Source: Bdellovibrio sp. (GTDB taxonomy: Bacteria; Bdellovibrionota; Bdellovibrionia; Bdellovibrionales; Bdellovibrionaceae). From it: a stretch of DNA of 64,000 bases. A model generated the notes under the pieces. That model was not told the origin of the DNA. It was given only the letters and a program-made list of their open reading frames with translations, and did not search any database. Both the position numbers and the translations under genes were made by a program. Every line of letters starts with the position of its first letter. The first letter of the stretch is position 1. Below, piece by piece: positions 48,808-59,399 of the stretch. Location: NCBI GenBank assembly GCA_036676395.1, contig JAKFCY010000002.1, forward strand, positions 1,312,001-1,376,000, given 5' to 3'.

Positions 48808-50112
48808 ATGAATAAGACATACACCTTGTTTTGGTTTAGGCGTGACCTGCGATTATTCGACAATGCAGGCTTATGGCATGCTTTAAAGCATGAATCTAAC
48901 GTTTTACCGGTCTTTGTTTTCGATGCAGTGATTTTAAAGAAATTGCCCGAAAATGACCTGCGCGTTCAATTTATTCATCAAACCGTAGCCACCCTTAAAA
49001 AAGAGCTGCAAAAAAAGAAATGCGATCTGATCGTTGAACACGGAAGCCCCGTCGAAGTTTTTAAAAAGCTGATCCAGACCTATCGGGTCAAAGCCATCTA
49101 CGCAAATCACGATTATGAACCTTATGCTCGTGCACGCGATGAAAAAATCGCCAAGCTTTGCGTAAAAAATAAAATCGAATTTAAAACATTTAAAGACCAA
49201 GTTATCTTTGAAAAAAATGAAATAATCACTGATCAAGAAAATCCTTATACGGTGTACACGCCATATAAGAAAAAATGGCTTAAGGCGATTTCGCCATTTT
49301 ACTTAAAATCATACCCTGTCGAACTTTATGAATCAAATTACGCAAAAATAAAAACAACAAGTATGCCAAGCCTTAAACAGCTTGGGTTCAAAGAACAAAA
49401 AATCGTATTTCCAGAATCTTCGGTTCATGCTAGCGTTTTAAAAAATTATGCAAAAACCAGAGATCTTCCAGCCTTAGAATCAGGAACAAGTCACTTAGGC
49501 CTGCATTTGCGTTTTGGCACAGTTTCAGTGCGCGAGCTAGCCTGTAAAGGAAAAAAACTTTCTGACGTGTGGTTAAGTGAATTAATCTGGCGAGAATTCT
49601 TTATGCAGGTGCTATGGCATTTTCCGCACGTAGAAAAACAAAGTTTCAGGCCCCCGTATGACAAAATTGCCTGGCGCACGAATAAAGCAGAACTTGAGCG
49701 TTGGAAAAACGGCCAGACGGGTTACCCGCTGGTCGATGCAGGTATGCGCGAATTAAATGCGACAGGGCATATGCATAACCGCGTGCGTATGGTGACAGCT
49801 TCATTTCTAACAAAACATTTGCTTCACTATTGGCTAGAAGGTGAACGTTACTTCGCCGAAAAATTATTAGACTATGATTTGGCCGCAAATAACGGCAACT
49901 GGCAATGGGCTGCAGGCACAGGCTGTGATGCCGCTCCGTATTTCAGAATTTTTAATCCTGAATCACAGATTGAACGATTTGATGCTAAATTTGAATATGT
50001 AAAAAAATGGGTTCCAGAATTTGGTACAGCAAAATATGTAAAGCCGATGGTAGAGCACAAATTTGCGCGCGAACGGGCTTTGGGTGAATTTAAAAAAGGA
50101 CTTGGAAAATGA
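48808..50112 (+). CDS. phrB: Deoxyribodipyrimidine photolyase (cryptochrome/photolyase family)
   Basis: WFRRDLR..DN, WREF, GQTGYPLVDAGMREL, MHNRVRM and NNGNWQW motifs. Confidence 0.93.
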   Translation: MNKTYTLFWFRRDLRLFDNAGLWHALKHESNVLPVFVFDAVILKKLPENDLRVQFIHQTVATLKKELQKKKCDLIVEHGSPVEVFKKLIQTYRVKAIYANHDYEPYARARDEKIAKLCVKNKIEFKTFKDQVIFEKNEIITDQENPYTVYTPYKKKWLKAISPFYLKSYPVELYESNYAKIKTTSMPSLKQLGFKEQKIVFPESSVHASVLKNYAKTRDLPALESGTSHLGLHLRFGTVSVRELACKGKKLSDVWLSELIWREFFMQVLWHFPHVEKQSFRPPYDKIAWRTNKAELERWKNGQTGYPLVDAGMRELNATGHMHNRVRMVTASFLTKHLLHYWLEGERYFAEKLLDYDLAANNGNWQWAAGTGCDAAPYFRIFNPESQIERFDAKFEYVKKWVPEFGTAKYVKPMVEHKFARERALGEFKKGLGK

Positions 50113-51461
50113 AAATATTAATGACGGGTGCCACAGGGCATATAGGAAATTTCGTAGGTCGCAAACTTGTAGATCTTGGTCACGAAGTCGTCGTCGTTAG
50201 CAGATCAAAGAATAAAGCGCTTAATTATTTAGAATTTCCGGCAGAAATTATCGAACACGATTTAGTCGCAGATCCATTGCCTGAAAAAAAGTTGCTGGGT
50301 ATTGATGCCATAGTTCATCTCATGGGTGAAACCGTTGATGGCCGCTGGACAAAAAAGAAAAAAGAACAAATTTTAAATTCTAGAAAAATCAGCAGCGAAC
50401 ATTTAGTTAAACATTTACCGGCAAACATTAAAGTTATTGTTTCTGCTTCAGCGCAAGGTATTTATGGCGATCATAAAGCCCATATGGTGACCGAGAACTC
50501 AAAACTGGGGAGCGATTTTTTAGCCGAAGTCTGCAAAGAATGGGAAAAGCCATTTGTGTTTTTAAATGGCATTCGCACAGTGCAGTTACGCATAGGCCTT
50601 GTGTTAGACCCGCAATCTGGGGTGTTGCGAAAAATGATCCCGTTATTTCAGCGCGGCCTTGGCGGTACTCTTGGCAGTGGCCAACAGTATATGAGCTGGA
50701 TTGCGATTGAAGATTTAACTGAAGTGATTGTTCAAGTTCTAACAAATGATAATTATAGCGGGGCTATTAATTGCGCCACTGATAATCCAGTCACAAATAG
50801 CGAGTGGACTAAGCTTTTAGGTAAACAATTAAATGCGCTGCGATCAGCGCCAGTGCCATCGTTTGCCTTACGAATCGCCGTCGGTGAAATGGCCTCGGCG
50901 GTATTAGCATCAATTAAGCTCGCGCCGACAAAGCTTTTAGCAAATAATTTTAAATTCAAATACCCAAACCTTAAAGATTATTTTGAAAAATCCCTGGCGC
51001 CCTATAAAGGCGGCCAGTATTTCTATTCAGTAAAACAATTCGTACCCCGGGATATCGAAAGTGTTTTTACTTTTTTTTCGCAAGCGGCAAACCTAGAGCA
51101 AATCACGCCACCTTTTTTAAATTTCCAAGTATCAAAGATGTCGACAAAGACCATTCATAAAGGAACGTTGATTGATTACAAATTAAATTTAAAAGGTATT
51201 CCCATGAAATGGAAAACTTTGATTTCAGACTGGAATCCGCCGCACAGTTTTATCGATACCCAGCTATCAGGGCCATACCGGTCTTGGCATCACATGCACC
51301 GGTTTGAAAAGTTAGGAAACGGAACTTTGTTAAGTGATGAAATTCGTTATAAATTACCATTGGGGTTTTTAGGTCAGATGATGGCTTCTACCTTGGTCCA
51401 GAAAGATGTCGAAAAAATATTTAAATTTCGTCGTGAAGTGATACATAAAATTAAATTCTAA
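50109..51461 (+). CDS. TIGR01777 NAD-dependent epimerase fused to an SRPBCC domain
   Basis: TGATGHIG and GSGQQYMSWI motifs; C-terminal NL..ITPP, F.D.Q..GP...W.H.H.F. Confidence 0.88.
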   Translation: MKILMTGATGHIGNFVGRKLVDLGHEVVVVSRSKNKALNYLEFPAEIIEHDLVADPLPEKKLLGIDAIVHLMGETVDGRWTKKKKEQILNSRKISSEHLVKHLPANIKVIVSASAQGIYGDHKAHMVTENSKLGSDFLAEVCKEWEKPFVFLNGIRTVQLRIGLVLDPQSGVLRKMIPLFQRGLGGTLGSGQQYMSWIAIEDLTEVIVQVLTNDNYSGAINCATDNPVTNSEWTKLLGKQLNALRSAPVPSFALRIAVGEMASAVLASIKLAPTKLLANNFKFKYPNLKDYFEKSLAPYKGGQYFYSVKQFVPRDIESVFTFFSQAANLEQITPPFLNFQVSKMSTKTIHKGTLIDYKLNLKGIPMKWKTLISDWNPPHSFIDTQLSGPYRSWHHMHRFEKLGNGTLLSDEIRYKLPLGFLGQMMASTLVQKDVEKIFKFRREVIHKIKF

Positions 51462-51497
51462 TTGCAGAATCTTTACAATAAAGCCGACAATATAGGT

Positions 51498-51890
51498 ATG
51501 GTGTTTGCCGAGATTCCCTACAAGGCTCGTATCGAGCTAAAAGATAATGTAATTACCGTCAGAGGTTCAAAGCTTCTGTTGGATAAAGTTGCGCAAATGA
51601 AAGCGCAATATGGTAATGACCCGCATAAATGGCCACAACAACGAGTTGGATCAGGTGAAGACATTTTAATTAATGAATTTATCATGAAGGCTAATTTTGA
51701 ATTTAAATTCTGTTATACCCACGAAGAGTTATGTCATTGCAGAAACGTCGAAACCGAAAAAGTTTTCGGGGCGATCAAAAACGGTTGTTTTAAAACTGAA
51801 GACGTATCACGTACGACTTTGGCAGGAACCGGTTGTGGTTCGTGCCGCCAAGATATCACAAATCTAATCGAGCAATTTAAGAAGCCTTAA
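51498..51890 (+). CDS. BFD-like [2Fe-2S]-binding protein
   Basis: CHC...GTGCGSC. Confidence 0.85.
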   Translation: MVFAEIPYKARIELKDNVITVRGSKLLLDKVAQMKAQYGNDPHKWPQQRVGSGEDILINEFIMKANFEFKFCYTHEELCHCRNVETEKVFGAIKNGCFKTEDVSRTTLAGTGCGSCRQDITNLIEQFKKP

Positions 51891-52838
51891 TTCAGCGTGA
51901 ATTTTTGCTTCAATCGTTGCAAAACCATCGGCCTTGATCCAAGTGCCAGATGAGCTTTTGTGACCGCCGCCATCCATGCGCGAAGCTACAGTGTAAGCAT
52001 AATCATTTAAAGCCGATCTAAAACTGACTTTGTATTCATTATCACTGGCTTGTCTGATGAAGTAGGCAAACTTCACCATCGGCATAAGCGTAAACATATC
52101 AACGATGTCATTTACATCATCGCCTTCTAATTTGTATTTTTCTAATTGTTTAAGGCTTACCGTAAGGCCAACAACTTTGTTGTTCGAAAAATATTTTGCC
52201 GAATGAATCAGTTCAGCCAAAAATAACATTTTATCAGGAGTCCAATGCGCGAAAAGCGCACGTTGAATGCCTTCGGTGTTAATTTTATAACCGGCTAATT
52301 CGCCAGCGATATAATGTGAGCGCGAAGAATTTTTAACTAACTTAAAAGCCTGGGTATCAAAAGTTAAACTTGAATAAAGAGCCGAAGCGATAAAATCATT
52401 CAGCGGCACTTTCAGAGTTTTAATCACATCAAAAACGATTTCTCCTGTCGAGGCCGCATCAAGATTCATAATGCGAAAAACAAGTGGGTGGGGTTTGGCA
52501 TTTTCGACGTGATGGTCGATAAATAAAACTTTGCAGTTTTGATCTAAGCAGTTTTGATAAAGGGGGTTGCAAAGTTCGCCATGGTTGGTGTCTAGAATAA
52601 TCAGTAAATCCGGAGTCATTTCGTCAGGATTTGAGCAGATGTCCACATTTTCAAGCATATACGAGTAGCGTTTTGGGACTTCGTCGACGGGAACAAACCA
52701 AACTTGCTTGTTCAGATTTTTAAGGGCTCCATATAAGGCTGCAAGACTACCGATGCCGTCGCCATCAGAATTTCTATGAGTTGAGAGGAGGATTTTGTTG
52801 GCTTTAAGGATAACTTCAATTTGCGAATCAATAGACAT
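51864..52838 (-). CDS. nrnA: DHH/DHHA1 phosphoesterase (NrnA-like oligoribonuclease/pAp phosphatase)
   Basis: H.N.DGDG.GS, IDHH, DT..F, SFRS and GGGH motifs. Confidence 0.85.
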   Translation of the reverse strand: MSIDSQIEVILKANKILLSTHRNSDGDGIGSLAALYGALKNLNKQVWFVPVDEVPKRYSYMLENVDICSNPDEMTPDLLIILDTNHGELCNPLYQNCLDQNCKVLFIDHHVENAKPHPLVFRIMNLDAASTGEIVFDVIKTLKVPLNDFIASALYSSLTFDTQAFKLVKNSSRSHYIAGELAGYKINTEGIQRALFAHWTPDKMLFLAELIHSAKYFSNNKVVGLTVSLKQLEKYKLEGDDVNDIVDMFTLMPMVKFAYFIRQASDNEYKVSFRSALNDYAYTVASRMDGGGHKSSSGTWIKADGFATIEAKIHAELRLLKLLD

Positions 52839-52941
52839 AGGCTATATCCTAATATGACGCAACGTAGCCTGTCCCCTGTAGTTTGTTAAACCCAAACATT
52901 TTTGGTATAAAATAAGACTTTTGAATAGGGATCTATAAAAT

Positions 52942-53421
52942 ATGGCATCAGACGTACTACCAATGACCGCTCGTGGAAAACAATTGCTTGAAACTGAGCT
53001 TAAAAGATTAATCTTTGAAGAACGCCCAGCTGTGATTAAAGCTATTGAAGAAGCTCGTGCCCATGGTGATATCTCTGAGAATGCTGAATATGAATCTGCA
53101 AAAGAGCGCCAAGGTATGATTGAAGGTCGCATTGGCGACATTCAAGGCAAAATTGCCGGAGCAGATGTTATTGATCCAGCGACGATTAAATCAGACCGTG
53201 TGGTTTTCGGAGCTACTGTTGTGATCGTTGATCAAGAAACAGAAGAAGAGCACACCTATCAAATCGTAGGTCCTGACGAAGCTGATGTTAAAAAAGGCAT
53301 GATCTCGGTCATGTCTCCGATTGCGCGCGGTATGATCGGTAAAAAAACTGGCGATGCGTTTACAGTGCAAAGTCCTAAAGGCGATAAAGATTACGAAATT
53401 GTTTCTTTTAAATTCGTCTAA
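52942..53421 (+). CDS. greA: Transcription elongation factor GreA
   Basis: AR.HGDISENAEY and ISVMSPIAR motifs. Confidence 0.97.
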   Translation: MASDVLPMTARGKQLLETELKRLIFEERPAVIKAIEEARAHGDISENAEYESAKERQGMIEGRIGDIQGKIAGADVIDPATIKSDRVVFGATVVIVDQETEEEHTYQIVGPDEADVKKGMISVMSPIARGMIGKKTGDAFTVQSPKGDKDYEIVSFKFV

Positions 53422-53440
53422 TTAAGTTCACAATTAACAC

Positions 53441-55399
53441 ATGAGAAGAGCGGTCGTTGATCAAGCCGGTTTAAGAGTCGTAATGATAGGATTAATCCTG
53501 TCATTATTTATCGGGCTTATTTTTAAATCGCAAATCAGATCCAGTGTTGTTAAAGCCCGCTTACAACAAGCCATTGTAAGACTGCAAAAAGATGTAAATA
53601 TTGATTTTGAATCTGTCGAAGTTCGCCTAAGCGAATGGGGTATCCCGCGCCCGGTGATTGAAATTCGCGGCGTTCGCATCAGTCCGCTAAAAGCCAACTG
53701 CCAAGAAAACCAAATTTACATCGATGCTTTAAGTTTTCCGTTAAGTTTTAATCTATTGTTTGCAAAAGAAAAGGTGATTTCAACCGTACGTGTGTCGCTG
53801 TTAGAGGTGCGCACGAAAAATACGCGTCAGTGTTTTGCAAAAAATAATAACGAAGATGCCATCGCTAATCGCGTGGTTATGTCGGCAGCTTCGCCAAGTG
53901 CACCCGTTGTTGTTAATACAGAAGAAAAGCGCAATGCGGCCGTTGAAAAGTTAAGAAATTTCAAGTCACATTTAAATGAAATTAAAATTGATCGCTTGCG
54001 TGTGATCGCGATTGATAAAATGAACACCGCTGTCGATTTTAATGCTGTTCAGGTGTTGTTTAAATATGAAAATAGAAAATTAAATGAACTTTCTATTCAG
54101 TCGCAGTTATCGGCTTTTAAAGAGGCTGAAAAAAGTTATTATCTTTTTAAATCAGACTTAAAATTTAACATAAAGCTTGAAGACAAACCTTCGATCAATG
54201 CCGAACTCAAAGGGCTTATTGTCGATCGCCCATTTCATTTAAAACTTAAAAATGATCTGCAAAAAAATAGTTTACAGTTTTTAGGTGAATTAGGCGGAAT
54301 TTCTTTAAAGGCGATTAATTACATCGTTAAAGCTGAACGACCACAGGCTGAAGTTTTTGACTTCTTAAGCGGATCGTCAATGACGGGCTACATGACTGGT
54401 GAATACTTTATTGATAATCGTCATTATGAAATTAATTTTAAAGATATTAAAATCTTAGTTGGTGGCGGTGTGGCCGAAATTAACGATATTTATGTCTTAG
54501 GTAAGATGGATGAAAAAGCACAGATCAGACCTTTCGATGTGCAATTATCACATATTGAACTTACTAAAATTTTATCACACTCAACTTTTGATAATATCAG
54601 ACCCAGTATTCAAAATGCGGGGTATATTTCGGGCTTAATTCAGTTTACTCATGCAAATCAGTTTAAAGTTAAATCACTGATCGAAAAAACAAGTTTCGTG
54701 TTTTCAAATAAAGGCGAGCGGGTTTCGCAGGTTTTTGACAGCTTTAATTTGCATGCCAGTGTTGACCCGCAAAAAATCACCTTAAACATTAATGATTTTA
54801 TTCTGGATACGCACAAAATTCATGGTTTTTTAAAGTACAGCCATCAAACAGCCAGTGGCGATAAAAGCCTATCAGTGGATTTAGAAGGGCGTTTGCTAAA
54901 GCCTGATACGGTGAAGTTATTTACAGGTAAGGCCGGTGATCCAGAGATCAGATTGTTATTTACCACAGATTTAAAGAATCAATTAAAAGGCACTGCAAGT
55001 ATTGATAAAATCAGTATTCAGCAGTTTGATGTGACGAAATTAAATCTTGAGTATGATAAAAATCTTTTATTAAAAAGTGAATTTTACAATGTAAGAACGG
55101 GCAATTTAACAGTTGCCGCGTCTGAGAATTCACAAGCAAGCCACTTAAATGTGATGTTCGATCAAATATTGCCAAAACCTTCAGTAAGTTTTGCGCAAAG
55201 CAGGCTGACAATTCAAAAAGATGGTTTAGGTAAATTAAGCTTTAATCTTAAAAGTGAACAAAAAGGCAAAACCGATTTGAATGTTATCGGTGAATATGTG
55301 CCTCGCATGAGTAATATGACAGCTAAGGGTAATTTCAAGGGGCAAAACTTCACCCTTTCTGGCGCTTTAGATAAGTTAGTGGCGACTCCGCTTAAATGA
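53441..55399 (+). CDS. Membrane-anchored beta-rich protein (AsmA-like, tentative)
   Basis: N-terminal TM followed by a long amphipathic beta-strand region. Confidence 0.5.
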   Translation: MRRAVVDQAGLRVVMIGLILSLFIGLIFKSQIRSSVVKARLQQAIVRLQKDVNIDFESVEVRLSEWGIPRPVIEIRGVRISPLKANCQENQIYIDALSFPLSFNLLFAKEKVISTVRVSLLEVRTKNTRQCFAKNNNEDAIANRVVMSAASPSAPVVVNTEEKRNAAVEKLRNFKSHLNEIKIDRLRVIAIDKMNTAVDFNAVQVLFKYENRKLNELSIQSQLSAFKEAEKSYYLFKSDLKFNIKLEDKPSINAELKGLIVDRPFHLKLKNDLQKNSLQFLGELGGISLKAINYIVKAERPQAEVFDFLSGSSMTGYMTGEYFIDNRHYEINFKDIKILVGGGVAEINDIYVLGKMDEKAQIRPFDVQLSHIELTKILSHSTFDNIRPSIQNAGYISGLIQFTHANQFKVKSLIEKTSFVFSNKGERVSQVFDSFNLHASVDPQKITLNINDFILDTHKIHGFLKYSHQTASGDKSLSVDLEGRLLKPDTVKLFTGKAGDPEIRLLFTTDLKNQLKGTASIDKISIQQFDVTKLNLEYDKNLLLKSEFYNVRTGNLTVAASENSQASHLNVMFDQILPKPSVSFAQSRLTIQKDGLGKLSFNLKSEQKGKTDLNVIGEYVPRMSNMTAKGNFKGQNFTLSGALDKLVATPLK

Positions 55400-56145
55400 A
55401 AATTTTAAAATTTTTTTACTCGCTAGATTCAGAATCATTCAAACCCCCAAGACTTCAGTGTCACCGTGGCTATTGGGTAGATGGGTTAACGCAAAACTCG
55501 CTGGCATCACTGCAACGGGCCTATGAACTTGGTTACAAAATGTCTGAGTTCGATATTCGCATCACCAAAGATTCAGAAGTCATTTTATTTCATGATGATT
55601 TTATTGGCTCTAAAAAAGTTTCTGAAATGACTTTAGCTGAAGTCAATAAAGACCATAAAGTCGATTTGTTTGAAGAAGCGCTTAAGTGGTTTTCGACTTT
55701 AGAAAAAAACAGTTATTATTTAAATATCGAAATCAAATCAAAGTTTGTACGTAACCGTCGTTTAGAGATAAAAGTTTTAGATTTAATATTAAAATACAAA
55801 GTGCAAGATCGCGTGCTGATTTCTAGTTTTAACCCATTCAGTTTGTATTTTTTCAGAAGAAATTATCCTTCAATTTTGCGCGCGCTGCTTTTAACTTACA
55901 ATAATGAGAACGGTAATAATTTTGTCGTTAAAAGTCAGGTTTTGAATGTTCTGGCGCACCCGCATTTTTTGCATTTAGATGAAAAACACTGGTCACACAA
56001 GCGCTATAAAGCTTTATTAAAATTAGGAATTCCGGTGGTTCTATGGACCTGTAATGACCTGGAAAAGGTCAAAAAATACTTCGCGCAAGGTATTTATGGC
56101 GTCATTAGCGATGACCTGAAACCAGCTGATATCGCTAAAATATAA
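55396..56145 (+). CDS. Glycerophosphodiester phosphodiesterase family protein
   Basis: HRG, EFD...TKD, HD, NIEIK, SSF, WT.N and ISD motifs. Confidence 0.9.
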   Translation: MKILKFFYSLDSESFKPPRLQCHRGYWVDGLTQNSLASLQRAYELGYKMSEFDIRITKDSEVILFHDDFIGSKKVSEMTLAEVNKDHKVDLFEEALKWFSTLEKNSYYLNIEIKSKFVRNRRLEIKVLDLILKYKVQDRVLISSFNPFSLYFFRRNYPSILRALLLTYNNENGNNFVVKSQVLNVLAHPHFLHLDEKHWSHKRYKALLKLGIPVVLWTCNDLEKVKKYFAQGIYGVISDDLKPADIAKI

Positions 56146-56194
56146 AAGTGTTTCAAGCTGAAACGTTCTAGAGTTTTTACCCCACCCAAAGTCT

Positions 56195-56221
56195 TAATTA
56201 TTTACACAATTTTGCCGATAA
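56195..56221 (+). promoter_or_regulatory. Sigma28 (FliA)-like promoter of the pilin-like operon
   Basis: TAAT-N15-GCCGATAA. Confidence 0.6.
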
Positions 56222-56244
56222 GAGTTACGGGGGAACTTATCGAA

Positions 56245-57612
56245 ATGGCTAAACCATCGCGCGCTGCTTTTATTAAATCAAATAAAGGGTTTACCTTAGT
56301 TGAGACTATGGTGTCGGTTGGCATTATGTCGGTTGTTCTTGCTGGCCTTGCCACAGCCATTGTTAGCACGCTTAGAGACGGTGAAGCTTCAGCAAAAGAT
56401 TCAATGAATGCAATGGAAGACCTTCAGGTGCAAACCGCACAGCAAGATTATCTGACTCGTGCAGCGCCTTCATATTACTTCATGCATGTTCCGATTCGTT
56501 CATTTTGTTCTGGTTCAGAAAAAGTTCCGTGTCTGCGTAAGATTGATCCGGCGACGGGTGCTCTTACTGGAATTAACAGTGGTAGTGGGCTTCCCGCTAC
56601 AATTGATTTTTACAAAGACGTCAGCGGTGATATGAAAAAGACAAAACTTTCGGGTATGTCAGCCTCTGGTGAAATTAATAGTTCGGTCTACATGATGTCG
56701 GGATCAAACGTTGATATCAGTAAACTGACAACACAAAGTAATAATTCTTATGTGTATGCAAGTTGGCCTTTGTTTAATGAAGAATCCGAAGCCTTGCCTA
56801 TTCTGGTCCGCAAAAAAAATGCATCCTACTTAACTCATATCAAACAATTCGGAGCCTCTTATGAAAACACGGCTCCGGCTGGAATATCTTTATTTAATGT
56901 GGCTTTGACTGCCGATAAAGCCCAGCTATTGGTTAAAGATTTAAAAGATTCATTAGCTGTTGTTTATAATGTGAATCGGCCGACACAGTTTGTAATTCAA
57001 AAAATTACTCAAGCCCTAAACTGTCCCAAAGATAGTACGACTCAAAATTTCTGCAAAGTGACGGGTAAAAGTATTTCAGTTTCTGCAGCTACCGATGATT
57101 TAGTCGCTGTAGGTTTTGCGAATACGATAGCGCTTAAGTTAGATAACGTTCAGATTTCCGCAAGCTATACAGCAAATGCTGCCGCGGGTTCAAGAACGCA
57201 TTTAACTTCACGTTATATACCGACTTCGACATCAGTCAGTATTTCGGGTAACTGGTTTGCGGGCGGCGGCGGCGGTGATTATTTATTTCCGCGCAGTTCT
57301 TTTTCTTTGGCAGATGATCGCGCTGATTTTCAGGGGGATTTAGATTATTCTCCGGTCGATATTAAGCGTATTCAACATTACTATAATATGAATAGCCATG
57401 AGGCGACCTTGGTCGTCCTGCCAGTTGATCTTGGTTATATTAAATTAAAACAAAGTGCACAGTTTCCTGATAAGTATGACCTTGTCGTGACGTCTTCAAG
57501 TCATGAAGAGGTTGTTTTAGTTCCGTCAATTAAAGAAAAAAATGATCCTAATTCTTATGTTTACGTAAACCGTAAATTAGGAACTGGGATGATAGAAGTA
57601 TTTATTAAGTGA
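56245..57612 (+). CDS. Large type IV prepilin-like protein
   Basis: NKG|FTLVE class III signal followed by a hydrophobic helix. Confidence 0.88.
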   Translation: MAKPSRAAFIKSNKGFTLVETMVSVGIMSVVLAGLATAIVSTLRDGEASAKDSMNAMEDLQVQTAQQDYLTRAAPSYYFMHVPIRSFCSGSEKVPCLRKIDPATGALTGINSGSGLPATIDFYKDVSGDMKKTKLSGMSASGEINSSVYMMSGSNVDISKLTTQSNNSYVYASWPLFNEESEALPILVRKKNASYLTHIKQFGASYENTAPAGISLFNVALTADKAQLLVKDLKDSLAVVYNVNRPTQFVIQKITQALNCPKDSTTQNFCKVTGKSISVSAATDDLVAVGFANTIALKLDNVQISASYTANAAAGSRTHLTSRYIPTSTSVSISGNWFAGGGGGDYLFPRSSFSLADDRADFQGDLDYSPVDIKRIQHYYNMNSHEATLVVLPVDLGYIKLKQSAQFPDKYDLVVTSSSHEEVVLVPSIKEKNDPNSYVYVNRKLGTGMIEVFIK

Positions 57613-59399
57613 GGTATCTCATGAAAAACAAATTGAGCTCTATTTTGGTCGCAGGTTTTTTAACGGTCGTGCTTCCGCTAAGCTTATTTGCCGCAGGCAA
57701 AGTTAAGAAAAACTCTAAAGTTATTCTTAGCGGTAATATCTTAGCAAATTCGCAGATCGTGCCTGTTGGTGGCCAGATTAAAACAGTAATGGGTGCAGGG
57801 GCTGGTAAAATCAGCTTTTCAAGCACGCGCTATTGTGGTGATGGTGACGTGGCCTCGTATAGTGATAGCCATCCGACGACAGAGTTTTATCCTTCTGATG
57901 ATCCTGACACGAACATTATCGTAGGCTATTGGATTTCGCCACAAGGTAGCCCGTTAGATCTATCTGCGAATAAATTTCATTCTATCGGGTACGTGAAAGA
58001 TTCAAAAGTTGATTCTGACGTTACTGAAAGACTGATTGCAACAAATTTTTCTGGTATGCCAGCCAAAAAGACTTTTAAGTTAATCGAAGATGCTGTGAAA
58101 GATCTAGCGTTTGTTGCTGAAGCAACAAAGCCAGCACGCGTACAGGGGTTATCTAATACTAAATTTAACATGAAGTTTGTAGCTATGGCTTGCCCGGTGA
58201 TTAAGAACACCAATGGTATTGATAGTAGTTCAGGTATGAATAATTTAACAATTTCGCGCCAATTTTTATCTGGCAGTAGCTTAGTAGGTACAACAAACCT
58301 TCAGGATTACATGCAAGATAGTATTCTTGAATCGAATGCTTCGATTAGTAAAACGCGCATTCGTGTTGATAACGGCGGCGGCACAGTTTCTGGCAAATCA
58401 ATAGATTTAAATTTTGGTGGTAGCGGAAGTGAAAGTTTATCAAGTGAACTAGTGAATTTAGTTAACGATTTGGCAACAAGATCAAAGCCGAATGTTCATA
58501 CGACGACTTTAACAGCGATGATCACTTCAATGACAAGCATTAGTTGTTCATGTGACAGATTAGAATACCAAGCTGATTTGTCAGGTTTAAAAGCGCGCTT
58601 TGATGCTTTTAAAACACGACTGAATGCCGCTAAAGCTGATGCAAGTATTTGTGATGCAAGTTCTTCTATCCGTTTTGATAGTGCCGACTATCCGTGGGAA
58701 TCATTCCGCACAAATGCCGCCTGCCAATTATATCACAAATTACTTGCCACAGAGTTAGCACCTTATGAAACAGCGTTGGATGAAATGTTTAGCGCTGCAG
58801 ACACAAACAAAAATACTTGCCCAGACGTACAAGCGGCAATGAGTAGTGGTTCGTGCCCGGCGCCATCAGTAGGTAATTTAACTAATATCAGTGATAGCGA
58901 ATATCGTTCGCGTAAAATGGCTTTGAATAAAAAATTAATGAAAATTGTAGGAACCCCAAACGCGATTCAATTAGCACAAGGTCGTTTGAAAACAAATATC
59001 ACTTCAAGTAATCCAAATTTTGCGTTAAATACGGCATCATGTTTTCCGTTAACAGCAGCCAGCGGTGAATTTATTAAATATGTAGGTTCATCGGTGGGGA
59101 TTGATATTGATCCAGATCCTGTGATGTCTGGTTCAAAAATGGTCAGTATCAACAAGCAAAGTGTAGCTCATCCTGAGGGTAATTTTGCCATCGGTGGTGA
59201 TGCTCCTTACTTAACCGGAACTGGTAATTCATTAGTTATGTTCAACAATACCGGCGGTGATCCGAAACTAGACTCTTCTTTTAAGGTTGAAGTTGGTACG
59301 GCCACTCCGGTAGCATTAACAACAGGTACGGCGAATGTGCAATTTCATATTCGTTCGATAGGTTGTTCGCAGAATATTTATTGCTACAATGACAGATAA
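57609..59399 (+). CDS. Secreted Cys-containing protein in the pilin-like operon
   Basis: Sec signal; multiple Cys; overlaps both neighbours; alternative start at 57621. Confidence 0.75.
   Translation: MRYLMKNKLSSILVAGFLTVVLPLSLFAAGKVKKNSKVILSGNILANSQIVPVGGQIKTVMGAGAGKISFSSTRYCGDGDVASYSDSHPTTEFYPSDDPDTNIIVGYWISPQGSPLDLSANKFHSIGYVKDSKVDSDVTERLIATNFSGMPAKKTFKLIEDAVKDLAFVAEATKPARVQGLSNTKFNMKFVAMACPVIKNTNGIDSSSGMNNLTISRQFLSGSSLVGTTNLQDYMQDSILESNASISKTRIRVDNGGGTVSGKSIDLNFGGSGSESLSSELVNLVNDLATRSKPNVHTTTLTAMITSMTSISCSCDRLEYQADLSGLKARFDAFKTRLNAAKADASICDASSSIRFDSADYPWESFRTNAACQLYHKLLATELAPYETALDEMFSAADTNKNTCPDVQAAMSSGSCPAPSVGNLTNISDSEYRSRKMALNKKLMKIVGTPNAIQLAQGRLKTNITSSNPNFALNTASCFPLTAASGEFIKYVGSSVGIDIDPDPVMSGSKMVSINKQSVAHPEGNFAIGGDAPYLTGTGNSLVMFNNTGGDPKLDSSFKVEVGTATPVALTTGTANVQFHIRSIGCSQNIYCYNDR

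Noticed and set aside
48808..51461. Photolyase plus epimerase-SRPBCC fusion as a novel system
   Set aside because: This is a common gene neighbourhood and a common fusion
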